50,403 bases of DNA, from positions 1-50,403 of IMG/VR virus record IMGVR_UViG_3300021978_000181; one strand, 5' to 3'. Shown here piece after piece: positions 24,798 to 33,956 of the stretch. The notes under the pieces were generated by a model. The model made no database searches. It was not told the origin of the DNA and saw only the letters and a list, made by a program, of their open reading frames with translations. Origin of the DNA: a virus (taxonomy: Duplodnaviria; Caudoviricetes). The position numbers were made by a program, and so were the translations under genes. Numbering within the stretch: position 1 is the stretch's first letter; each line of letters starts with the position of its first letter.

Positions 24798-26424
24798 GCT
24801 GCAATGGCCGCCGAACTACATCCGGGTTTGGAAGTGGCGGCAGCAGCAACTTGAAAGGTTCGCTCGCGACCCTGCGCACGTGATCGGTGCCAAGGAGTAT
24901 TACCGCACGCGCCCGATAGAGTTCATTGGGGACTGGTGCGACACCTACGATCCGCGCAACGCTGGAGGCGATCTGCCGGCCCGGTTGCCGTTCGTGCTGT
25001 TCCCAAAGCAGCGCGAGCTCGTCACGTTCCTGATGGCCTGTCTCGACGACGAGGGGTCGGGGCTCGTCGAGAAGTGTCGAGACATGGGGGCGACGTGGCT
25101 TTGCTGCGCATTCTCGATTTGGCTGTGGCTGTTCTGGCCAGGCGTCGCCATCGGGTGGGGCTCGCGCAAAGAGCAACTTGTCGACAAGATCGGAGATCCC
25201 GACAGCATCTTTCAGAAGATGCGCGTGCTGCTCTTGGGGTTGCCGAAGGTCTTTTGGCCCGCGGGGCTCAGCCCCAAGGACCACATGACCTACATGAAGT
25301 TCATCAATCCGGAGAATGACGCGACGATCACGGGGGAGGCGGGCGACAACATCGGTCGCGGTGGCCGCAAGCGCATCTACTTCAAGGACGAAAGCGCGCA
25401 CTATGAGCGGCCGGAACTGATCGAGGCGGCGCTTTCGGAAAACACGCGGGTGCAGATCGACATCTCGTCGGTCAATGGCATCGGCAACGTGTTCCACCGT
25501 CGGCGGGAAAGCGGCGTGGAGTGGCGGCCGGGCGCGACGATCAACAAGATCGCTGCCAACGTGTTCGTCATGGACTGGCGCGACCACCCGATGAAAAACC
25601 AGGCGTGGTACGATGCGCGCCACGAGAAGTTTAAGAACGAGGGCCTGCTTCACGTCTTTGCGCAAGAGGTCGACCGCAACTATGCGGCCTCGGTTGAGGG
25701 CGTCATCATCCCGGCCGAGTGGGTGCAGTCGGCGATCGACGCGGATAAGAAGCTGCGCTTTACCGATGACGGCGCCTGGATGGCCTCGCTCGATGTTGCT
25801 GACGGCGGGCTCGACAGCAATGCGCTATCCAAGCGCAAGGGCGTGATCCTGAAATACCTTGAGGAGTGGGGCGAGGTCGACACCGGGCAGACCACGCGCC
25901 GCGCTGTTGCGGCCTGCAATGAGCCGATGACCCTGCAGTATGACTGTATCGGCGTAGGCGCCGGCGTGAAGTCCGAGGCGAACCGGCTGAAGGCGGATCC
26001 CGAGACGGCGGCCAAGGTGAAGCACATCCGCTTCGTTCCATGGAATGCGGGCGCGGCCGTGATGAACCCTGATGACCGCATCATCAAGGGCGATAGGCAG
26101 TCGCCGCTCAACAAGGACTTTTTCGGGAACTTCAAGGCTCAGGCTTGGTGGTCAGGGCGGCGTCGGTTTGAGAAGACGCACCGGGCTGTAACCGAGGGCG
26201 TCCGCTATCCCGCGCACGAACTCATCAGCCTGCCGTCCGATTTGCCGCTCCTGCACAAGCTCGTCAAAGAGCTGAGCCAGCCGACGCGAGACTATGACGG
26301 GCGGATGCGCCTGATCGTCAACAAGACACCGGAGGGCACACGGTCGCCGAACCTGGCCGACTGCGTGATCTCAAACTACTTCCCCGCAAAGGCTGGCGCA
26401 CTGCCGCTAGAGGATTGGGTGTGA
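24751..26424 (+). CDS. terL: Terminase large subunit
   Basis: Walker A-like EKCRDMGATW, Walker B YFKDESAH, nuclease LDVADGG...D...SPNLAD; start may be 24766. Confidence 0.92.
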   Translation: MPPRPMQQAEKPSTTELQWPPNYIRVWKWRQQQLERFARDPAHVIGAKEYYRTRPIEFIGDWCDTYDPRNAGGDLPARLPFVLFPKQRELVTFLMACLDDEGSGLVEKCRDMGATWLCCAFSIWLWLFWPGVAIGWGSRKEQLVDKIGDPDSIFQKMRVLLLGLPKVFWPAGLSPKDHMTYMKFINPENDATITGEAGDNIGRGGRKRIYFKDESAHYERPELIEAALSENTRVQIDISSVNGIGNVFHRRRESGVEWRPGATINKIAANVFVMDWRDHPMKNQAWYDARHEKFKNEGLLHVFAQEVDRNYAASVEGVIIPAEWVQSAIDADKKLRFTDDGAWMASLDVADGGLDSNALSKRKGVILKYLEEWGEVDTGQTTRRAVAACNEPMTLQYDCIGVGAGVKSEANRLKADPETAAKVKHIRFVPWNAGAAVMNPDDRIIKGDRQSPLNKDFFGNFKAQAWWSGRRRFEKTHRAVTEGVRYPAHELISLPSDLPLLHKLVKELSQPTRDYDGRMRLIVNKTPEGTRSPNLADCVISNYFPAKAGALPLEDWV

Positions 26425-27935
26425 TGAAGACATTCGACACGCTCACAAACCTCGTGGCCAATCTCGGCGCGGGCAACGCCAAGACGCTGGCCGACAGCTT
26501 CGGCATGCGCTCGATCTCCGACCAGGAGCTTGAGGCCATGTACCGCGGCGACTGGATTAGCCGCAAGATCGTCGACCTTCCCGTCACCGACATGCTGCGC
26601 CCATGGCGCGCGTGGCAGGCGGAAAACGAGCAGATCGAGGGGATCGAGGACGCCGAGAGGCGGCACAAGGTTCGGCAAAAGCTGGCACTCGCCAAGGCGT
26701 GGGGGCGCCTCTACGGCGGCGCAGGCATGCTCATCGGGGCCGACACGTCGTCACCCGACAAAGAGCTGCGGGTGGAGAGCATCAAGCAGGGCGGGCTGCG
26801 CTACCTTACGGTGCTGCCGCGGCGCATGCTGCAGGTCCACGATATGGACTACGACCCGGAGTCGCCGTTCTTTGGCGAGCCGCAGTATTACTCGCTCTAC
26901 ACGCGCGCCGGCACCAGCATTCGAATTCACCCCTCGCGGGTGCTGCGGTTCATCGGCGTTCCGCGACCTGACATCGACCTCAATCCAGATGGATGGGGCG
27001 ATAGCGTCCTGCAGGTCGTCTACGATGCAATCCATCATGCGGGTCTGACGTCGGGCGCCATTGCCGAGCTCGTGCATGAGGCGAAGGTCGATGTGATCCG
27101 CATGCATGAGTTGGGCGACAAGCTCGCGACGTCAGACGGAACGTCTCTCGTCACCAAGCGGTTTCAGGCCGCAAACATGCTCAAGAGCATCAACAACATG
27201 CTCTTGCTCGACAAGGAAGACGAGTGGGACAGGAAGCAGACGAGCTTCCAGGGCCTCTCCGACGTGCTGGTGAACTACCTGCAGATCGTCGCCGGCGCCG
27301 CCGACATCCCGGCAACGCGACTGCTCGGAACGGCACCGAAGGGCATGAACGCCACTGGCGACAGTGACATCCGCAACTATTACGACATGCTCGATGGGCA
27401 GCGCGAGGATACGCTGCGCCCCAAGCTGGAATTCCTTGACGAGATCCTCTGGCGCGATGCGATCGGCATGGTGCCCAAGGACGCCTATTTCACCTTCAAC
27501 CCGCTGTGGCAGATGACGGCCAAAGAGAAGGCCGACCTTGCCAAGACCAAGGCGGAGACCACGCAGATCTACGCAAACTCAGGCCTCATCCCCGATGAGC
27601 CGTTGGCGCATGGCGTGACCAACATGCTGATCGAGGACGAGACCTATCCGGGCCTTGAGGCCGAAATCGAAAAGTACCTCGCGTCGGGCGGTCCTCTGGT
27701 TCCTGAGGAGGAGGAAGTCGATCCCGATGCTGACGTTCAACCTTCCGAAGATGACCCGGAAGGGGACACGGAAGCGGTCGATCGTATTGCGCCCCATCGA
27801 TCCCTCACCGGCCCTGGATACGGATCTGCTCGTCATTCTGAACTCGCTCGTCAGATCGGTGATGAACTGGACGCGCGCAAACGTCGTGCCGGTTATCAGC
27901 GTAGAGCGGGAGGGTTTCCACGCCGAGGGGCGTGA
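26424..27935 (+). CDS. Portal protein (DUF1073 family)
   Basis: YRGDWISRKIVD, RLYGGA, IHPSR, WGDSVL, DIPATRLLG, SDIRNYYD, FNPLWQ. Confidence 0.9.
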   Translation: MKTFDTLTNLVANLGAGNAKTLADSFGMRSISDQELEAMYRGDWISRKIVDLPVTDMLRPWRAWQAENEQIEGIEDAERRHKVRQKLALAKAWGRLYGGAGMLIGADTSSPDKELRVESIKQGGLRYLTVLPRRMLQVHDMDYDPESPFFGEPQYYSLYTRAGTSIRIHPSRVLRFIGVPRPDIDLNPDGWGDSVLQVVYDAIHHAGLTSGAIAELVHEAKVDVIRMHELGDKLATSDGTSLVTKRFQAANMLKSINNMLLLDKEDEWDRKQTSFQGLSDVLVNYLQIVAGAADIPATRLLGTAPKGMNATGDSDIRNYYDMLDGQREDTLRPKLEFLDEILWRDAIGMVPKDAYFTFNPLWQMTAKEKADLAKTKAETTQIYANSGLIPDEPLAHGVTNMLIEDETYPGLEAEIEKYLASGGPLVPEEEEVDPDADVQPSEDDPEGDTEAVDRIAPHRSLTGPGYGSARHSELARQIGDELDARKRRAGYQRRAGGFPRRGA

Positions 27936-29394
27936 CGTCCCGGCTGCGATCGATGCTCAAAACATAGGATTTTCCTATGTTTCCGACGACGCCGGCGAAA
28001 ATGCCCGCGCTATCATTGAGGAACTGAGGCGGCAAGCCGAGATCGCAGCCGCCGCGGCCGAGCAGCGCGCGCGCCAGGCGCTCACGCGCGAGGCGGGGCG
28101 CCACACACAGAAGTGGGTCGCATCGATCAAGGCTGGAACGCAGATCGACGTGTCGAGGCTGCTGAGCGATGACGATCTCGTCGAGTACCTGTCGCTGCGC
28201 AGCGAGGAATTCGTCGGGCTCATCAAGAACCTCACGGAGGATATGACCTACCGGATCAACCGGGAGGTGCTGGGCTCGATATTCGAGGGCCGCTCGAATG
28301 CCGACGTCGCCAAGGCGCTGCAGGAGATCGAGGGGATCGGGCGCAACCGGGCGCGGCTCATCGCGCGCGATCAGGCCTCAAAGCACAACGCGGCAATGAA
28401 CCAGCTTCGCCAGCAACAGGCGGGCGTAACCCATTATCGCTGGGCTACGATCCTCGACGGGCGCGAGCGCGAGACGCACCGGGACAACGACGGCCGGGTG
28501 TTCAAGTGGGACGACCCGCCAACGGTTACGGGGCACCCGGGAGACGAGATCAACTGCCGGTGCAGGGCGTTGGCTGTGCTGGCAGATGAGGACAGGATAC
28601 CCGACGAGCCGGAGCTTTTGGGTGGCACCACTGAGGTCGGGCCCGTTGATCCGGTTGTTCCGCCGCTTCCTCCAAACTCTCTTGCGGAGTGGAACGGGGG
28701 CATATCTTCGAGCCTTCGCGAGGCGGCCCAATCCCGCGGGGTTACGGCTGAGGCGCTTGTCGCTCAGCTTGATGACAAGCTGGCTCGCCTGACCGAGTCT
28801 TCGGCGCCATGGATGCGGGTCGGGCCTTATGAGCTAGAGAAAATATTGTCCGAGGGTCGCCTCAGGAATCAATTCGAGACGAATACGAGCAAGGGGTTTC
28901 TTGATCGGGATTTGCGCCTTAAGCACGAGCGCGGCTACCTGGGAGCCCCCGCCAGCATGGCTCGGGCGGATCATCCAAAGTATGGGTATTTGTCGGCCGA
29001 CCCAAACGGCGTGCACGGCACTGTTGAGCACTATGGCGACATCGCCGTCCGGTTCAGGCCGTCGGTGCGTTCTCGGACGACATTTACAGGGGACGACAGT
29101 TTGTCCGGACTTGCCGACAGGTACAATCCGAGCCCGCTTAATGCTCCGTCGGTGCGGTCCCTTGCGTTGCGGCGACATGTTCCCAACCTGAATCGAAACA
29201 TCAGGGATCTTCTGGGGGCGGGGTCCGTCGACGATCTCCCTCAGGTGTTTGGTGTGCCGTATGTTGAGGCGCAGTTTTGGGGCAGCCTAAACGTCCCCGA
29301 TATTGAGGAGGTTGTGTTTCATAGGTCGCCAGCGAGGCGACTTCGGCGCCAACTGGAGACCCTTGGGATCCCGTTTAGAGTTGCCTCAGATTGA
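27727..29394 (+). CDS. MuF/SPP1-gp7 head morphogenesis protein with C-terminal DUF3626-like domain
   Basis: RARLIARDQ, W...DGRER..H, HPGDEINCRC, then NQFETNTS...YGYL...YGD...RTTFTGDDS...YVEAQ. Confidence 0.85.
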   Translation: MLTFNLPKMTRKGTRKRSIVLRPIDPSPALDTDLLVILNSLVRSVMNWTRANVVPVISVEREGFHAEGRDVPAAIDAQNIGFSYVSDDAGENARAIIEELRRQAEIAAAAAEQRARQALTREAGRHTQKWVASIKAGTQIDVSRLLSDDDLVEYLSLRSEEFVGLIKNLTEDMTYRINREVLGSIFEGRSNADVAKALQEIEGIGRNRARLIARDQASKHNAAMNQLRQQQAGVTHYRWATILDGRERETHRDNDGRVFKWDDPPTVTGHPGDEINCRCRALAVLADEDRIPDEPELLGGTTEVGPVDPVVPPLPPNSLAEWNGGISSSLREAAQSRGVTAEALVAQLDDKLARLTESSAPWMRVGPYELEKILSEGRLRNQFETNTSKGFLDRDLRLKHERGYLGAPASMARADHPKYGYLSADPNGVHGTVEHYGDIAVRFRPSVRSRTTFTGDDSLSGLADRYNPSPLNAPSVRSLALRRHVPNLNRNIRDLLGAGSVDDLPQVFGVPYVEAQFWGSLNVPDIEEVVFHRSPARRLRRQLETLGIPFRVASD

Positions 29395-29407
29395 GGATGG
29401 ATAATCC

Positions 29408-29623
29408 ATGAAGGTGGTCGCGCAGGTGGGCAGCACATTCCTTGTCGCTACGGGCGGCACGGGCTCTAACGCGAGCGGCCGAATGGTCGACCTTGCGTCA
29501 GGAAAGGTTTACGGCGAGGTGGCGCTTGCATCCTTGGCGCTAAAAGGCGCCTGGGAGGAAGTCACAGACCATGAAGGTGCTGACGCTGCCTTGGCGCTCG
29601 CCCGAAAGGCGTCCACTAGGTAA
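29408..29623 (+). CDS. Small protein, candidate immunity protein for the MuF C-terminal domain
   Basis: Immediately downstream of the MuF extension and before a terminator. Confidence 0.5.
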   Translation: MKVVAQVGSTFLVATGGTGSNASGRMVDLASGKVYGEVALASLALKGAWEEVTDHEGADAALALARKASTR

Positions 29624-29652
29624 CGCAGCCGCGCCCAACTCTTGCAGCAATA

Positions 29653-29680
29653 GCCCCGCCACCGAGCGGGGTTTTTCTTT
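29653..29680 (+). terminator. Intrinsic terminator
   Basis: CCCCGC-CACCGA-GCGGGG followed by TTTTTCTTT. Confidence 0.75.
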
Positions 29681-29695
29681 GAAAGGATCACCGCC

Positions 29696-30202
29696 ATGGG
29701 CCTTACCGCCAAATTCACCGCCGCGATCTACGCCAGGCTGACCGGGTCGCCCGACTTCGGCAACAGCAGGTTTGAATATCCGGGTCAGGCTGGCGTAGAC
29801 ATTTCGAACGGCACTGGCGACAACCAGGCCGATCTGCTGTTCGTCGACACCCGCACGATTGCCGCGTCATCCAACGATGACCTCGATCTCGCCGGCGGCT
29901 CGCTTTCTGACCCGCTCGGCAATGCGCTCACCTTCGCAACCGTCAAGGCCATTCTCGTGAAGGCTGCAGCCGGCAACACGAACGATGTTGTCGTGGGCGG
30001 CGAGGATTCCGCAGCATTCGTCGGCCCGTTTGGGGGCACGGACGAGACGATTTCCATTCCGCCGGGCGGCTCGTGCCTGCTGACTGCGCCGGTTGATGGC
30101 TGGGCCGTGACCGCTACGGCGGCCGACATTCTGCGCATCGCCAACAGCGCGGGCGGCACGGGCGTCGACTACGACATCATGATCGTGGGCACCAGCGCCT
30201 AA
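29696..30202 (+). CDS. Putative virion structural protein (beta-rich)
   Basis: RBS AAGGA; G/A/T/D-rich; NGTGDNQAD...DLDL...DPLG. Confidence 0.6.
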   Translation: MGLTAKFTAAIYARLTGSPDFGNSRFEYPGQAGVDISNGTGDNQADLLFVDTRTIAASSNDDLDLAGGSLSDPLGNALTFATVKAILVKAAAGNTNDVVVGGEDSAAFVGPFGGTDETISIPPGGSCLLTAPVDGWAVTATAADILRIANSAGGTGVDYDIMIVGTSA

Positions 30203-30209
30203 TAGGCCG

Positions 30210-30353
30210 ATGCCTGACACCGCAGAAGTCGAAACGCGGCCCAACGGCTTGCTTGTCACGATTGACGTGTTCGGGCTGCCTTGGGTGTCCCGTGACGGCG
30301 GGCGGACCTGGGAAGCGCCGCGGCCGGATGAGCTGATCGGGAGGGTGGCATGA
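30210..30353 (+). CDS. 47-aa peptide with Asp-box motif (not in ORF track)
   Basis: MPDTAEV...WVSRDGGRTWEAP...; stop overlaps the next ATG. Confidence 0.4.
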   Translation: MPDTAEVETRPNGLLVTIDVFGLPWVSRDGGRTWEAPRPDELIGRVA

Positions 30354-30472
30354 GCGCATGGCGTGAATTCATGGCCGGCTTCTCTCGTGGCTGGGCCAAG
30401 TCAAGGCCTTGGCGGCCACTCGCTGCTGTCGTCTCGGCGGTTCGGCGCTGGCTCGGTCGGGCGTCGAGCTAG
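30350..30472 (+). CDS. 40-aa cationic Trp/Arg-rich peptide (not in ORF track)
   Basis: RBS GGAGGG; MSAWREFMAGFSRGWAKSRPWRPLAAVVSAVRRWLGRASS. Confidence 0.45.
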   Translation: MSAWREFMAGFSRGWAKSRPWRPLAAVVSAVRRWLGRASS

Positions 30473-30475
30473 CCC

Positions 30476-32119
30476 ATGCCCACAATCTGCGCCGAGGCGC
30501 GCCCGGAGAAAGCTCGCCGGGTGATGGTCCTGCATGCCGACGAGCAGACGCAAGAGCGCCTGCGGGTGTGGGCGACAGATCGCGGGTTCGATCTCGGCTG
30601 GAATTACGACGGATGGCCGATCGATCCGCAGTGGTTCCGCTTCCACGTCACGCTGCTCGCCACCAAGAACGAGGTCGAGATCGAGGATCGCTGGCAGCCC
30701 GTCGGGCCGGTGATGGTGAGCCCGGCGGGCTTCGCGGTGCTGGGTGCTGACCGCCGGGTGCCGGTCCTTGCCCTGGAGCAGAACGCCAAGCTGACCGCCA
30801 TGCGGCAGTTCTTCATCGAGACGTTCGGGGCCGAGCCGACATTCGACGAGTACATCCCGCATATCTCGCTTTCCTACAAATGGGACGGCGTGCCGGACCT
30901 GTCGCAGATGGAGCCGCCGCCGTTCGATCTGACGTTTGACGCCCTTGTCGTGGCGCTGCTCGACGACAAGCCGGCGAAGCCCAAAGACGCCGCCATGGAG
31001 ACCCTGCCGATGCTCTTTGCCGACACGCTGGAGATCACCGGCACGCGCCGCTCCAAGGATGGATATCTCGTCGCCGACTGCCGCGCCGCGCGCTCCGGCA
31101 TTCAGCAGTACGCCGGCGCAGAGGTAGGACGGCCGGACCTGCAGACGGTCCACGTCTATCGCCCGCCTGAGGAAGTCTTCAAGGCGGACAGCCTCGCCAG
31201 CTACGGCCACAAGCCCGTGACGCTCGATCATCCGATGGAGGGCGTCACGGCGGACAACTGGAAGCAGATCGCAGTCGGCAACGTCGGGGGTGACGTGGTG
31301 CGCGATGGGGGCTTTGTGCGCGTCCCCCTCATCGTGATGGACGCTCAAGCCATCGCCGCGGTCGAGAACGGAAAGCGCGAGCTGTCCATGGGCTACGAGT
31401 GCCGCCTCGAATTCGTCGACGGCGTGACGCCTGAGGGCGAAAGCTACCAGGCCGTGCAGCGCGACATCCGCATCAATCACGCGGCCATCGTTGAGCGCGG
31501 CCGCGCAGGTCCACAGTGCCGCATCGGGGACAAGGGCAAGCCCGATGACCGTGAGCGTCAGCCCGTCACCAAGGGAAATGACACCATGAACCTCCGCAAG
31601 ATTGTGGTGGACGGTCTGACGATCGAAACCACCGACCAGGGCATCGAGGCGATCAACAAGCTCAATGCCCAGATCGCCGACAATGACAAGGCCGTCGCCG
31701 ACGCCAAGAAGGCGCTGGAGGACGCGACCGAGGGCGTCAAGAAGCTCAAGGCGGACCACGCCAAGGAACTCGACGAACTCAAGAAGCAGATCCCGACGGC
31801 CGATCAGCTTGAGGAGATGCTCGGCAAGCGCGGCGATCTCGTGGACGCTGCCAAGAAGCTGCTGCCCGACTACGACTGCAAGGGCAAGGCAGCGGCGGAC
31901 ATCCGCAAGGCCTGTGTCGAGAAGCATCTCGGCGACGCGGCGGTAAAGGATCGCTCCGACGACTACATCGCCGCGCAGTTCGATGCGCTGGTGAGCTTCG
32001 CCGCCAACGGCAGCGGCTCGGTCGATCCGGTGCGCGATGCGCTCAAGGGTGGCGTCGTCAAGCCGAGCGACGCGCGCGCCAAGCACCTCGCCGATCAGGC
32101 AAAGGCCTGGATGGCCTAA
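30476..32119 (+). CDS. Acb1-like 2H phosphodiesterase fused to DUF2213 prohead protease/scaffold
   Basis: FHVTL (H57) and DEYIPHISLSY (H129); DUF2213 ARSGIQQY, PVTLDHP, ELSMGY, INHAAIVERGRAG; coiled-coil scaffold tail. Confidence 0.85.
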   Translation: MPTICAEARPEKARRVMVLHADEQTQERLRVWATDRGFDLGWNYDGWPIDPQWFRFHVTLLATKNEVEIEDRWQPVGPVMVSPAGFAVLGADRRVPVLALEQNAKLTAMRQFFIETFGAEPTFDEYIPHISLSYKWDGVPDLSQMEPPPFDLTFDALVVALLDDKPAKPKDAAMETLPMLFADTLEITGTRRSKDGYLVADCRAARSGIQQYAGAEVGRPDLQTVHVYRPPEEVFKADSLASYGHKPVTLDHPMEGVTADNWKQIAVGNVGGDVVRDGGFVRVPLIVMDAQAIAAVENGKRELSMGYECRLEFVDGVTPEGESYQAVQRDIRINHAAIVERGRAGPQCRIGDKGKPDDRERQPVTKGNDTMNLRKIVVDGLTIETTDQGIEAINKLNAQIADNDKAVADAKKALEDATEGVKKLKADHAKELDELKKQIPTADQLEEMLGKRGDLVDAAKKLLPDYDCKGKAAADIRKACVEKHLGDAAVKDRSDDYIAAQFDALVSFAANGSGSVDPVRDALKGGVVKPSDARAKHLADQAKAWMA

Positions 32120-32164
32120 CGGCCGTCAGGCATTCCCCGCAACTCATCCAGGAGACACTGAGCC

Positions 32165-32884
32165 ATGAGCGTTCAGCCCAATTACAACGCGACCCTCGAC
32201 GAAGGCTATGAGGGGCAGATCGCCGACACGCGCCTTTCGGACGTCGTGTCCCGCGTCTGCGAGCCGGCCTCGATCGGGTTCGGCAAGGCCGTGATCCGCG
32301 GCACCGATCCCAAGCAGGTCAAGCTCGGTGCCGCCGGCGAGTTCATCGGCATCACCGTGCGCGACATCGCGCTGCCCGCCGCCAACTCCGACGTCTACAC
32401 GCAGTATGACAACGTGGGCGTCATGGTGAAGGGCTCGATGTTCGTGACCGCTGCTGCTGCGGTGACGTTCGGCGACCCCGTGTACCGCACGCCCACCGGC
32501 ACGCTCACCAACGTTCCCGGCACGCGCACCGCCACGTTCGGCACGCCCGTCGGTGACGGCAACGGCACGCTGAGCGCCATCGTCGTCGACGCCACCACGC
32601 CGCCGAAGGCCGGCACCTACACGGTGCACTTCTTCGAGGCCGAAACCGACCTCGGCGACTTCGAGGTCATCCGCGACGCCGATGGTGCTGTGGTCGGCGT
32701 CGGCAAGGTCGGCACCGCCTTCGACAACGGCGGCCTCGGCTTCACCATCGGCGACAGCTCCACCGATTGGGCGCTCGGGACCACCATCCCGATCACCGTC
32801 GTGGGGGGCAACACGCTGATCGAGGGCGCTACCTGGGAGCAGTCTGCCTCTCAGAACGCCATCGCCAAGATCCGCCTCAACTAA
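32165..32884 (+). CDS. Head decoration/cement protein with inserted domain
   Basis: IGFGKAV...GITVR...VGVMVKGSMFV...GDPVY; directly upstream of the capsid gene. Confidence 0.75.
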   Translation: MSVQPNYNATLDEGYEGQIADTRLSDVVSRVCEPASIGFGKAVIRGTDPKQVKLGAAGEFIGITVRDIALPAANSDVYTQYDNVGVMVKGSMFVTAAAAVTFGDPVYRTPTGTLTNVPGTRTATFGTPVGDGNGTLSAIVVDATTPPKAGTYTVHFFEAETDLGDFEVIRDADGAVVGVGKVGTAFDNGGLGFTIGDSSTDWALGTTIPITVVGGNTLIEGATWEQSASQNAIAKIRLN

Positions 32885-32930
32885 ATCCGCCGAGCACACC
32901 GTTAGGCGCTGACAGAAAGGACTTCACGCC

Positions 32931-33881
32931 ATGCTGAATAACCAGCAGCTCAACGACGCTCAGGCGGCTTTGGGCTTTCTCATCTCCCAGACCGCGCACA
33001 TCGAGAGCCAGGTCTGGGAAAAGAAGTATCCCGACATCACCTACCCGCAGTTCGTGCCGGTCGACAACTCGGCGCACCCGTGGGCGAAGTCGGTCACGTA
33101 CTATTCGAGCGACAAGGCCGGCAAGGCGGACCTGCTGCACCACCGCGGCCAGGACTTCCCGCTGGTCAGCGTCAATCGGACCAAGCACGAGACCGAGGTC
33201 ACGATGGGTGGCATCGGTTACGACTACGACCTTGAGGAGATCAACCAGGCGCGCATGCTTGGCATCAACCTCACGGCCGATGAGGCATCGGCTGCTCGCC
33301 GCGCCTACGAGGAGTATTGCGAGCAGGTCGCCTACACGGGCGACGATCGCGTCGGGTTCACCGGTCTGCTCAACAACGCCTCGGTCTCGGCCGCCTCCGT
33401 GGCCGATCCTGACGATGAGGGCGTCGACACGACCTGGGAAACCAAGTCGGCAGACTACATCCTCACCGACATCAACGCCGCGATCACCGGCATCTGGACG
33501 GCATCCAAGACAGTCGAGCTTTCCGACACGATCTTGCTGCCGCTCACCTCGCTGGCGCTGATCAACAACAAGCGGCTCGACACGTCGCTTGAGACGACGG
33601 TGCTGGATTACGTGAAGCGCACCAACATCTACACGATGCAGACGGGGCAGCCGATCAAGATCATGGGCCTGCGTCAGCTGGAGACGGCCGGCGAGAGCAG
33701 CGCCAAGCGCATGGTCACCTACAAGCGCGACCCGGAAGTCGTGAAGATGCACATTCCGAAGCCGCTGGAGTTCCTGCCGCCGCAGCAGCAGCTCCTGCGC
33801 TTCATCGTGCCGGGCATTTTCCGTCTCGGCGGCGTCGACATCCGCCGCCCGGGCGCCGTTCGCTACTCCGACGGCATCTAA
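32931..33881 (+). CDS. Major capsid protein (DUF2184 family)
   Basis: FLISQTAHIE...Y...GLLN...RMVTY...GGVDIRRP. Confidence 0.9.
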   Translation: MLNNQQLNDAQAALGFLISQTAHIESQVWEKKYPDITYPQFVPVDNSAHPWAKSVTYYSSDKAGKADLLHHRGQDFPLVSVNRTKHETEVTMGGIGYDYDLEEINQARMLGINLTADEASAARRAYEEYCEQVAYTGDDRVGFTGLLNNASVSAASVADPDDEGVDTTWETKSADYILTDINAAITGIWTASKTVELSDTILLPLTSLALINNKRLDTSLETTVLDYVKRTNIYTMQTGQPIKIMGLRQLETAGESSAKRMVTYKRDPEVVKMHIPKPLEFLPPQQQLLRFIVPGIFRLGGVDIRRPGAVRYSDGI

Positions 33882-33956
33882 GGCCAACCGAGACGGGCAA
33901 CTTTTCGGAAACACCGAAAGGTTGCCCCTCGATCATCGCAACAGGAGACCGAACGC

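Noticed and set aside
26424-27935. Portal as an anti-CBASS Acb1 protein
   Set aside because: No paired HxT/S motifs in this ORF; the 2H domain is in 30476-32119
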